From positions 188,790,001-188,854,000 of the forward strand of contig OX597814.1 in assembly GCA_951406725.2 (NCBI GenBank): a stretch of 64,000 nt of DNA, read 5' to 3'. How positions within the stretch are numbered: the stretch's first letter is position 1; each line of letters opens with the position of its first letter. This DNA is from Octopus vulgaris. Taxonomy: Eukaryota. The notes below the pieces were generated by a model. The model was not told where the DNA came from. It made no database searches and saw nothing but the letters and a program-made list of their open reading frames with translations. The position numbers and the translations under genes were made by a program. This document shows positions 52,580 to 64,000 of this stretch, one piece after another.

Positions 52580-53075
52580 GTGCTAGGAAAAAGATTACTT
52601 TACTTAAACAACTTAATGGATGCTGCAGATATATTGATGATATATTTATACCTAATTATGGTTTCTTTGAATTTTTACTCAGAAAAATATATCCTAGTGA
52701 GTTTATAGCCACCAGAAATTGTAACAATATAAGGAATATCAATTATTTAGATGTGAATTTAGTAATTAAGGATAATAATGAAATATGTACTGACATTTAT
52801 AACAAAACAAGATTTTTGTTTCCAAGTGGCTTCAATGCCATAGTTCAGTTGTAGAAATTCTTCTTTTATTGGTTACGGTGTTTTTGCAGGGCAAATTGTC
52901 AGTTATAGTACTATTATTAATAAGGCTAATAAATTTTTGGAAAGAATAAATAAACAGTTAAGACATTATGTAAAACAAGGGTATAAATATGGTAAATTGG
53001 TTAAAATTTTTAATCGCTGTTTAGATGGAAGACTTGAGATTTTAAATAGATATGTATCTAATCGTCAACTTAGCT
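52580..53075 (+). pseudogene. Decayed PLE RT C-terminal fragment of a different lineage (possibly Naiad-like)
   Basis: CRYIDDIFIPN..KIYPSE..NYLDV..TDIYNK then GYGVFAGQIVSY..F..QGYKYGKL..F; no GIY-YIG seen after the thumb. Confidence 0.7.
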
Positions 53076-53529
53076 AATATTTGTAAAGATTTGGAATGTT
53101 TACGATTCAAGCTATTTGCTTACTACTTCACCAATAATTTTGAGAAAATTGGGAAAGTAATAATTACGCACTAAGTCATCAATAGTTAAGATAGTCTTAT
53201 AAGTTCTAGAGGTGATGGAACTGCGTGGTCTGAAAAACCTTGTAAGCGTTAATACTTTGTAGTTTTTTCTTTTAAACTGTTTTATTTAGTTTTAATCGTA
53301 ACAAGTTTTTATAATAATAGTTAAGTACAAGTATACTTTTATTAGTTGTTATTTAATAAATTTAATGTTTCTATTAAAAGCGTGTAAGGGTAATATATAT
53401 GAATGACTATATAGTGTTTTTATTATTAACTTTCGAATTATGAAATAATGTATTTCACTCATAATAATTATAATATTCGTTAAATTACATTCAATCGTGT
53501 TTTGTTTTGGAGAGAATTAAATATAAGCA

Positions 53530-53945
53530 AAGGCGGCGAGCTGGCAGAAACGTTAGCACGCCGGGCGAAATGCGTAGCCGTATTTCGTCTGCCGTTACGT
53601 TCTGAGTTCAAATTCCGCCGAGGTCGACTTTGCCTTTCATCCTTTCGGGGTCGATAAATTAAGTACCAATTACGCACTGGGGTCGATGTAATCGACTTAA
53701 TACCTATGTATGTCCTTGATTTCCCCTCTATGTTTAGCCCCTTGTGGGTAATAAAGAAATAGGTATTTCGTCTGCCGCTACATTCCGAGTCCAAATTCCG
53801 CCGAGGTCGTCTTTGCCTTTCATCCTTCCGGGGTCGATTAAAAAAGTACCAGTTACGCACTGAGGTCGATATAATCGACTTAATCCGTCTGTCTGTCCTT
53901 GTTTGTCCCCTCTATGTTCAGCCCCTTGTGGGCAATAAAGATATA
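53530..53945 (+). mobile_element. SINE family B, head + 2 body units
   Basis: TSD AGAATT(A/G)AATATAAGC. Confidence 0.9.
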
Positions 53946-54384
53946 AGAATTGAATATAAGCTTTGTGAGAATGAATGGAAGAGGAGAAATAGCGAAAGAG
54001 AAGGAAATGTGCATGAGATTCTGTGATGTTGTAATTATGTCATTTGTGTGAGCCTGTATGATTTGGTGCATGACCGTGTCTGTATGTTTGACTGTGACCC
54101 CGCGTGTATTTGTGTGTTCATTCGTTTGTACGTGCTTGACTTTCTTTACGTTAATGTGTGTGCGTATGATTGTGAGCGTCTCTGTACGTGTTGGTGTCAG
54201 CGTGCGTATGTCACTCTATTCGTTGGAAATATAAATATCTGTAGAAGAAAATGTCAGTTTAAATAGAAAGTGCAATGTAAAGAAAGAGGTAAACAAATAG
54301 TTGCCTGAAAAAGAAAGGAGTCTAAATTAAGAACATTTGATGAGTATAATACCGCTGGTAAATAAACATGCCTTCACAATGACT

Positions 54385-54437
<53 letters not shown>

Positions 54438-54734
54438 CATACATGTATATATATATGTGTGTATGTGTGTGTATGTGTGTCTGTGTGTGAGTATGTATAT
54501 GTGTATATCCAGCAGGACTGCAGACATATGTCGGAAGCGAATAATATATATATATATATATTTCATTTCTAATATTAGGGTAAATAATTATTAATTTTAA
54601 AATCAATAATTATTACCAAGTAGTTTCGGTATGGAAAGAGAACCAACTTGTTGCTTAACCCTAATTATAAATATATATATATATATATCTAAAACTTTTT
54701 GTAAAAGGTTTCTACAAATAATGGTAGAATATAC

Positions 54735-54770
<36 letters not shown>

Positions 54771-54978
54771 ATGAAATGGATAAATGAATTATCTTGTTAC
54801 GGATTATTCAAAATTTAACCGATACCTGTGTAGCAAAAATCACACCAGAAAAGACACGGTTGAGGTTACGACCATAGGGTTTCGCCCCCGTGCTTCAGCG
54901 CGGATAGTTGAAGTTTTATATATTTAGTGAAGGGAAGAAATGGAGCCGAACGAAGATTCTACAAAATTCCTTTTTATT

Positions 54979-55064
54979 ATTTTCTACACATGTTTCAAAG
55001 GCTGCAAATTCCCAAATTCGGATTGAATAAGAAGACCATTCTGCAGCTTTCTCTTCAGGAAAAC
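54979..55064 (-). ncRNA. Type-I hammerhead motif (left arm copy)
   Basis: Reverse complement of 55152-55237 with few substitutions. Confidence 0.7.
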
Positions 55065-55151
55065 CCAGGAATTTAAAATCTCAAAACAAATGCGCAGCAA
55101 GCTTTTCGAACAAAACGCTCCCTAGGAGCCCATGGTAAAAATGGCACCTGG

Positions 55152-55237
55152 ATTTTCCTGAAGAGAAAGCTGCAAAATGGTCTCCTTATACAATCCGAAT
55201 TTGGGAATTTGCAGCCTTTGAAACATGTGTAGAAAAT
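55152..55237 (+). ncRNA. Type-I hammerhead motif with canonical core and long stem II
   Basis: attttc CTGAAGA gaaagctgcaaa..tttgcagccttt GAAA catgtg TA gaaaat. Confidence 0.75.
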
Positions 55238-55289
55238 AATAAAAAGGAATTTTGTAGAATCTTCGTTCGGCTCCATTTCTTCCCTTCAC

Positions 55290-55350
<61 letters not shown>

Positions 55351-55876
55351 TTTGATACTTTGATAGGTTTCGGCCATCATTGGCCCAGGCTATGTCTAAC
55401 TTAATAGCACCACAAATACATGCATGCATACATACATACATGCCCACACACACATACACATATATATTTATATATTTTATATATATATATACCGATTACG
55501 GTTCGAAAATCGGTTAAGGTTGTTCATCGTTTATTTCAGTCCGCGGAGAAATGGCTAAAATTTGCCCCGTTTACATCTATCCTATATATTATACACACAA
55601 ACACACAAACACACACACAAACACACACACATACACACACACAAACACACAAACACACACACAACACACACACACACACACACACACATACATACACACA
55701 CACACACATGCGCATGCGTGGGTATAAGAAGTTTGCTCCCTAACAATATGGTAGAGGTTTCAGGCCCACTGCGTGACATTTTTGACAAGTGATTTCTACT
55801 ATAGTCCTGAGCTGATCAAAGTCTTGTGATTGGATCTCGTAGACAGAAACTGAAAGAAGGCCATAATATACATACA

Positions 55877-56920
55877 CTAGCAAACGCACCGTCCTTCGGA
55901 CGGTTTAAGTTGCTTTGGTGATATTTTTTTCACCAAATAATTGAACTATCGAGAAGCATAGTTAATAATTGAACTATCGAGTAGCAAGGCAATCGATGCT
56001 TCCGAATAAGCTACGAACCGAAAATCAAACTGAAGGCTGTTTATTTTGAAGGTCGTTGCACTTTAATGATCATAGAACATATAAGTTTGCAAGCGATGCA
56101 AAGTAGACCTACTGAAGTGTTTTGGGAGTAGATTACGGATAATGACTATGAAATATAGTTGTTTTACATGAAAGCAAAATTACTTGTCAGAAAACAGCCA
56201 CATGAAACCATCTCAATTCTGGGAAGAGGGTATTTTCAAGTTAAAGGAAAGATGGTGACGCATTGTGCAACAAAATGGTTCATATTTCGTTGATTGATTA
56301 AAAATGTAATGGCAAGTATTTACTGACCTTTTTCTTTCCTTTCAACATCGGCACGAACTTTCCGGACAACCCAATAGTTTGAGTGATGCTCAGCGAAATC
56401 GATCAGTAACGCATTTGGTATTTTAAATCTGCCGGCGTTAAACCTAATTTTAATTTCCCTCTCCCACAAAACACCTTGTAATATACAGTTAACTAGTCTT
56501 CTTTAAAAATGTTTCGTGAAAAAATGCTGTTAGTAATCGATGATGCTTCAACTAAAGAATCGTAAAAAGTATTGTGTAACTAATTAAATTGTCCCTAATC
56601 GACATAGCAGCGTGTACTGAATATTTTAAAGTAAAACATACCATCCAGCTGGTCATGTTCCAAATTAACATCTAAGCTTTTAAAATAGCGATAACAGTTG
56701 TTTTAAAATAGCGGCTGGCATCCATACATCTTTTGTGACGTCATGCGACTAAATATATCTGAGGAGAGGACGTCCCTCAGCATTTGCGAAGAAAAAATAA
56801 CCTGAGATACTTTCAGTTTCACGTATCATGTTACTAACAGCATGCGATGTCAATTCATTAGTTTTTCTTTACGCAAAGTTAGCTTACAAACGTATTGAAA
56901 TAGAATATAGATTATATAGA
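55877..56920 (-). mobile_element. Candidate non-autonomous Helitron
   Basis: Minus strand: A|TCTATATAAT start at 56920; 3' hairpin ACCGTCC-GAA-GGACGGT then CTAG|T at 55877; pairing of the two ends is inferred. Confidence 0.5.
56205..56374 (+). mobile_element. Mariner fragment (one TIR)
   Basis: Reverse complement of about 49049-49215; ends GGACAACCCAA|TA. Confidence 0.85.
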
Positions 56921-57756
56921 TTTCTATTTCTGCTATGTATACATACATAAGCTACAAATACCTGCTACGCTCCTATAAGAATTCCTAGAATTCGCAACGG
57001 GCTTGTCGTTCAGGTGTTTGACTGCTAAGGTGAAAAACCATTTTGTATTGTCACTGACGGCACATTGTATCCCCGGCAAAAATACATTCTTAACTCTTAG
57101 TTGTTCTTCACCATCTTTAGGTCCTGGCCAGCCTTGATCGAGTAGAGCCATGAGCATTATTGTGTCAGCTATGACTATGTAGGTTTGTTTTCAGATATAA
57201 TGTATCCAAGAATTCTTCCCTCCGTTTAAACAGCAGGAGGTACTTTGAGAGAGATGTGGCTACTATTCCTAATAGATCAGCAACAATATAGCACATATCA
57301 CTGTTGTAAATACAAGTGAAACTGAGTAGTCGAATACTGATTTGTTTGCACCCAAGAACATTCTTAATTTCGCCTAAGAGATAATAAAGATGAAATTGAT
57401 ACAACTAATAGTGTTAAGCTGCTGACGATGGCTACTGAGAGCAAGAACTAAGCTTCTTGTGAAGCGAGACGACATCACATTTTACAATATATTCTTGCTG
57501 TTAATACACTTAAAAAATTGCAAGGGTAGTACGTTATTTTATCCCCCTTTCTTTCTAAAATATAAGACTTTTGCATTAAATCAAAATAAACCAAAACTAT
57601 ATCAGCACCATCAGTGCTATTTTATAAGTAGTTTGGTAATATCGGTTGAGTGACGGGCAAAGTAACTTGAGCTATTTACTTGCTTGTATTTACATTTTGA
57701 TTTCGAATCTTGTCAAGATAATCATTCCTATCATCAATACCGTGTCAATATATACC

Positions 57757-58100
57757 GTGGAGGCGCAATGGCCCAGTGGTTAGGGCAGCGGACTCGCCTT
57801 GTGAGTGTTTATTGAGCGGAAACACCTAAAGCTCCACGAGGCTCAGGCAGGGATGGTGGTGATCCCTGCTGTACTCTTTCACCACAACTTTCTCTCACTC
57901 TTACTTCCTGTTTCTGTTGTACCTGTATTTCAAAGGGCCGGCCATGTCACTCCCTGTGTCACGCTGAATATCCCCGAGAACTACGTTAAGGGTACACGTG
58001 TCTGTGGAGTGCTCAGCCACTTACACGTTAATTTCACGAGCAGGCTGTTCCGTTGATCGGATTAACCGGAACCCTCGTCGTCGTAACCGACGGAGTGCTT
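57757..58100 (+). mobile_element. tRNA-derived SINE (head C, body C2)
   Basis: GTGGAGGCGCAATGGCCCAGTGGTTAGGGCAGCGGACTCGC head; ACCGTGTCAATA flanking repeat. Confidence 0.8.
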
Positions 58101-58611
58101 CCATCCACCGTGTCAATAAAATAAATACTATTCAGACGTTTACTGGCTATGGTATTCACCATAATACTGTCTAGTTGCCATAACGTTTTACGATAGTGGA
58201 GTCTTGAGTTCAATGATTGTGGGTTATCCATTTTCCCTGAAGATTTAGAGTAGGATTTCCATACTTTGTTACTATTTTTCTCTGATGATGTCGCTATGTG
58301 TTAACGTTTGATTAACTCTTTATAATGACGTTCAAGTGACCGACTCTGCAGCGTAAACTTTTTATGGTTTCCTCAAGTATCGTTATCCACCTTAACTATT
58401 TATCATGGATTGCTTCATTACTGCATAATCTTCAGATGTCTTCCAAATGCTCCATCAGAGTAACAACAGCCTTATAAAAGCAGGTATTGATATTCCAATA
58501 CATGTTATCCAATTATTTAATACATTACACAACAATATCGACAAAAACTTAAAATGTCTTCTTCACTTTCATCAAAAAATCTCTGTTGTTTAACGTCACA
58601 CAACTTTGTCA

Positions 58612-58612
<1 letters not shown>

Positions 58613-58709
<97 letters not shown>

Positions 58710-58790
58710 TATACATATATATATATACATATATATATATATACATATATATACATATATATATATATACATATATATATATGTATATAC

Positions 58791-58843
<53 letters not shown>

Positions 58844-58868
58844 TATACATATATATATATGTATATAC

Positions 58869-58925
<57 letters not shown>

Positions 58926-58950
58926 GTATATATATATATATATATATATA
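58613..58950. repeat. Interrupted (TA)n microsatellite
   Basis: Direct read. Confidence 0.95.
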
Positions 58951-59170
58951 CACAAGAAAATTAAGAAAATGGATTTAAATCAATTAATAAATATATTTAT
59001 TAACTGCAAAAATAAACATGATCTCTAAAAGCTATTTCGATTTATACTTTAAAGATTATGACTGCAATAAATCATTTTATAAAGCAGAATCTCGTTAGAG
59101 GCAGCCCAAAATATATACCAATGTATTATTAGGTGTTAATGTTAAGTAAACGGAGCATTACATATATATA

Positions 59171-59792
59171 GGGAAAATTCACAAAAACAAAAGATGAAGA
59201 TAGGTGATGTAGACAACAAATAGATGTGTTAGTATAACGCTCGGGAAGTGAAAAAGCCTTTAACGTTTCGAGCCTATGCTATTCCACAGAAAGGAACACA
59301 GAAAGAAACAAGGAGAGAAAATAAAGAATATGTAGTGGCTAGCAATCTATCACGGGTACAAAATAGTTTAGAAAGTATAAAAATATGTTGAGAACGTGTA
59401 AAAAATTACGAAAAGTTCAAAAGCTTCAGACGTCGTGGTGTATTGGAGCGATTTTTCATCAACGGAGGAGTCAAGTGTAATCCATAGGCAGGAGAGATGC
59501 AGCTGAAGTGTAGAAAGTCCAGTAGAAGTTGGTGGGTGATGAGAGAAGACAGGTAGAATCCGTAGAAGTTCGGGTGCGATGAGAAGAGACAGGATCAACT
59601 AGTGCAACCACGTGAGCGTGTAATATATGGGGAGAATTCGCGAAGACAGGTGGTGTAGACAACAAACAGATGTATTTGTATAACTCTTGGGAAGTGAAAA
59701 AGTCTTTAACCTTTCGAGCCTACTCTCTTCCACAGAAAGGAACACAGAAAGAAACAAGGAGAGAAGATAAAGGATGTGTAGTGGCTAGCGAT
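59171..59792 (-). mobile_element. Two direct family H copies (59171-59352, 59628-59792) flanking a ~275-bp spacer
   Basis: Motifs at 59258-59293 and 59704-59739, same orientation. Confidence 0.75.
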
Positions 59793-59954
59793 ACATACAC
59801 ACATATACATGCATGTATGTGTGTATGTATGTATTTATGTACGTATGTATGTATGTATGTATGTATGTATGTATGTATGTATACCACAGCTTGAGAATAA
59901 TTTTTCCAGCTTTTCAAAGCTATCGTTAAGCAGCAGAACTTTCAGATATATGTA

Positions 59955-60015
<61 letters not shown>

Positions 60016-60455
60016 TATATAAAACCCCCAAACTATGCATGCACATACACCACTCACTCATACATTGTTTCGGTCACATTAGCATATTTCATTTCATGTT
60101 TTATTAACTTTAGCATTCCTCTCATTGAAAATAAATGTATAAAAAAAAAAGTAAGAACTATGAGGAACAACTTCAAATGGCCAGAGCTAGTACTATTATT
60201 ATGATTATTATTAATATTCATCATTGCCGCCCATTATTCTGATGTGTATGGAGCCCATTGTTAGGTACTGATTTAGTTAATGTTGTGAGTTCCATGTGTT
60301 GCAGTAGTTAACCACCACCTGAGGCTGCCAACTAAGGGGAGGGGAAGAGAGCATGGGGTCTTTCCTCCTTTAAAATATTGTTTCAGCTGGCGTACACATA
60401 GGTTTGTGAATACACCTGTTTTGGCAAATTTGTTGTTAATAAAAGTTGGTTTCAA

Positions 60456-60486
<31 letters not shown>

Positions 60487-61091
60487 CGGTATGTGTGTGT
60501 GTGTAGCATGTATGCTCACTTTTAGCATTTAGTTATAGTATTACATTAAATGTTTATTATATCTCTATATTATAGTGATTCGTTCGTTGATAAAATAAGG
60601 AGAAAAAAATTCATTTATCTTGAGTCCATCAACCACGCTAAAAATGCTAATTCTCCCTACAGCAATCGGTGTTCTAGTCTGCTACTGGAAATTAACATTT
60701 GATATGGTACATTTGTGTTGTAACTACTTCAATCGTTAATGAATTAGTGCTGTACGCACTTTAGGTTTTAGCAAAATTATATAAATGAAAAACTAATTGA
60801 ATGGTTAAGAAACGTATAAAACCTTAGATTGCACTAAAACGAAGACAATTTTACAGAATTTCGGAGCAGAGAGTGAATGAGAAAGAGATAGGGAAGGAGA
60901 GGAGATATAAAAAAAAAATGAGTGGAGATTTAATAAGAGTAAAAGGCTTTTATTAAGGAGAAATTACGCAAAATTGTAAATATAGTTTGATTAAAAAGAA
61001 GATATTAATTTTTCTTTGCAGCGTATAGTAGTATTAAATTGATTTTCTCTTCGGAATTCTGTGGAATATATATATATATATATATATATAA

Positions 61092-61412
61092 CGTGCTTCT
61101 TTCAGTTTCCGCTCACCAAATCCTCTCACAAGGCTTTGACCGGCCCGAGACGACAGTAGATAAAAATTGCTCAAGGTGTCACACAGTGGACTGAAAGCAG
61201 GACCATGTGGGGGATGGGGGATAAACACAGATATACAAACACACACACACTCGGGCTTCATTCAGTTTCCGTGTACCAAACCCATTCACAAAGCTTTGGT
61301 TGGCCCGATGCTATAGTTGAAGACACCTGCCCAAGGTTACACGCAGTGGGATCGAACCTGGGACCATGTGGTTGGTAAGCAAGCTACTTACCGCTCAGTC
61401 ATTCCTTCGCCT
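61092..61412 (-). mobile_element. Two diverged SINE A 5' halves
   Basis: CTTCTTTCAGTTTCCG..CTCACAAGGCTTTG repeated. Confidence 0.7.
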
Positions 61413-63114
61413 ATATATATGTATATATATATAACAGAAAGAAAATATACCTTCACGCATTGTGTGTTTGCGCAGGGGTGTATATACACACGTTCGGGCA
61501 TGAATACACATGCGCGCGCGTCCCTACTATTTGCGCATAAATTGATCTTTTATAGCCACATATTTCGTGAATGAGTTATGAACTGAAAAACAAATGATTA
61601 CTTACAGTTTCTAATATGGACGTTCTACCGGTTAAAACATCGTAAGTTTAAGAAAACAAGCAAACGGCAGTATATATTTAATGAAATAAATTTTTAAATG
61701 TCTGTGATTCTCAATACACACAACATATGTAGCAGGTGAAAGCGTTAATTAACTAGGTATGTCTTATAGTTGATAATATTTCGTCATTTAAATGAAGAAA
61801 TTCTAAATATATGTCATAGGAATCAATTAGCCAGATCTAGTTCCTGTTTGTTATATGAATCACCGAAAACAAAGAGATGCATTATGATGTAGCGTTAAAA
61901 CTTATACCAGTTTCCCGAACTTTAAAGACAGTAAAGGTATTTCCCTGTTAGATGATGTATCCAGTCTCGTAGAAAGAGGAAAATTTGTAGTGAGCTAACC
62001 TAGAATCCATCAGTTAAAGCTCCCGTCTTACATACAGCCAATACTTTGTTTCCTGTTATTTATTGTCAGGCAGACAAAACTACGTGAAGGGCTGTTAGGT
62101 TTCAAGTCTCCGATCAGTCTGCCCTATCGTGTTAGGACTGATTTCCGCAACTGATACAGAAAGACCAACAGTTTGTCCAACGGCTTTAGTTAATAAAACA
62201 AATTCTAATAACATAACGAGACACTTCAAACATCTAGCCATCCACTGCACTCAGAACTAACATCATCATACTCGCCTCAATCTTGGTTCCTGATCAAAGG
62301 AAGTCTGGACAAAGCAGTAAGGCTGGTGATGCGATACTATCCCTAACTTCAATCCAGTAGAGTAAAAAGTCAACTTAAATTATGTCCCGAAACATCTCTG
62401 TTCTGAATGGGTTGTTGTTTCACTGTCCATTTTCATGGAAACACTCCATTGTGATTGGCGTCGAATGAGAGGATTCATTCAAGATTTTTTCAAATCGCCA
62501 GAGAACAACAGAACCAATGAATAGTTTTTTCTCTTGACCTACTTATCTCCCAACATTCGATCAAAAGACCTAAAAACATTTTGATTAACTTCTATCGACC
62601 AGAATACATCAGTCGCTGGATGTTAATATAACTCAATGCCTTTAGTGTGTAAAATTGCTCATTCATGTTTCTTCATACCCTGAATAATATACAGCTTATC
62701 ATAGTTCGTTCCACTAGTTATGTCGAGATAAACTTTGCTGCTCCACATAGCGAGATGGATGAAATGAGTAAAAGACTAAAAATACTGTGTTGATATATTA
62801 GACGAACACACTTGAGAGTGATGCTGCAGTCTTCTTCTTCTTTCATCCAGTACAACTAAAATCGCCAACATTTTCATGGCACTATAACAATTTGTAGCTA
62901 ACCAACAAACCAGCTGAATAAACAGTGCCTAATATAAAGATATATCACGACCAACATACCTTGCTCCACCGACAGATTCCGGACAAACTGATCACTAAAT
63001 TTTACAAATAGTACCATAAATTACTAATAGTGCAACTACTACAACTGCTGTTACTGCTGCTGCCCCGATGCTGATGCTGATCTAACGGTACCACTGCTGC
63101 TGCTACCGCTTCTA

Positions 63115-63115
63115 C

Positions 63116-63152
<37 letters not shown>

Positions 63153-63212
63153 CTTCTTCTTCTTCTTCTTCTTCTTCTTCTTCTTCTTCTTCTTCTTCTT
63201 CTTCTTCTTCTC
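63115..63212 (+). repeat. (TGT)n + (TTC)n microsatellite
   Basis: Direct read. Confidence 0.95.
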
Positions 63213-63700
63213 CTTCCAATCTGGACTCACGCCATTAGTCACAAAGAATAATCTCTAATTCGAGCTTACTCTAAGCTACTAAGAATGCGTGTGGCAACTT
63301 GAAGATCCACCCACCACACGCGATAGACTGGCGGTTTCACGGGCGCGAAAGCTACGTTGTTATCCTCATTCCGTAACCGGTGGCTTTTATTCTTAACGGG
63401 TGGAGAGCTGAACCATCCTGGGGTACAGAGGATTCACAATCTAGACTAGGGCCTGAAAGTTTACCATAACATAGTGGGTTACACCATGGTTCCTCTGCTT
63501 TGTGGCAGAAGTAGGGAGAAAGAGTGAGAGAAAGTTGTGGTGAAAGAGTACAGCGGGGTTCACCCCCACCCCCGCCGGAGCCTCGTGGAGCTTAGGTGTT
63601 TTTGCTCAATAAACACTCACAATGCCCGGTCTGGGAATCGAAACCGCGTTCTTACGACCGCGAGTCCGCTGCCCTAACCACTGGGCCATTGCGCCTCCAC
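63213..63700 (-). mobile_element. tRNA-derived SINE head C with a third body (C3) running into (GAA)n
   Basis: Head 63515-63700 matches 57757 and 27720; body boundary inferred from the microsatellite. Confidence 0.6.
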
Positions 63701-64000
63701 TGATGCTGTAATAGGAAGGCACTTCAATGATTGAAAGTAAGGAATAAAATAATAAAGGGCAGCTATTTAAAAATAAGAAATATGTTTGGAAGTAATTAGT
63801 GTAGATATTTTAAAACGGTTTCAATCCCGTTGAACTTGAACATTGATATAAAGAGTTCTGGTGGAAGACCGATTTATCTCATTGGAACGGCAATTAGTTC
63901 TTAACATGCACCCATCTCTACAGTTTTCTTATCTTGCAAAATCATTCTAGCTAGGCTTGAGCAATTGATTATAGTGAGATGTAGAATATGGAGAACGACA

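Larger units (their letters stand above)
54918..55298. repeat. ~150-bp near-perfect inverted repeat with ~77-bp spacer
   Basis: 54918-55070 is the reverse complement of 55148-55298. Confidence 0.92.

Noticed and set aside
57415-57460. aagctg CTGACGA..AGAAC TA agctt
   Set aside because: GAAA core is absent and there is no stem III; too degenerate to call.
62000-62360. SHPLHSE peptide suggesting an old LINE C-terminus
   Set aside because: Single short motif amid stops; insufficient support.

Overview
AT-rich, microsatellite-dense eukaryotic DNA made almost entirely of repeats; the repeat families look like those of an octopus genome (inference, not verifiable here). No host protein-coding gene can be firmly called. 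The only long ORF (30820-33096, minus, 758 aa) is an intact Penelope-like element (PLE) RT + GIY-YIG protein. It is overlapped upstream by a truncated N/Q-rich reading frame, and the overlap carries a T-TTT-TTA heptamer with the RT in the -1 frame, a candidate programmed frameshift (or alternatively a splice acceptor). The window also holds three other decayed PLE ORFs; Dong/R4, CR1 and RTE LINE fragments; mariner, hAT, foldback and Helitron-type DNA elements; and several modular tRNA-derived SINE families. At least five sequence-unrelated minimal type-I hammerhead-ribozyme-like motifs occur, several with non-canonical cores and most in short elements next to (TA)n tracts. Nearly all short ORFs in the track are microsatellite or SINE artefacts. 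Ends of decayed repeats are approximate.
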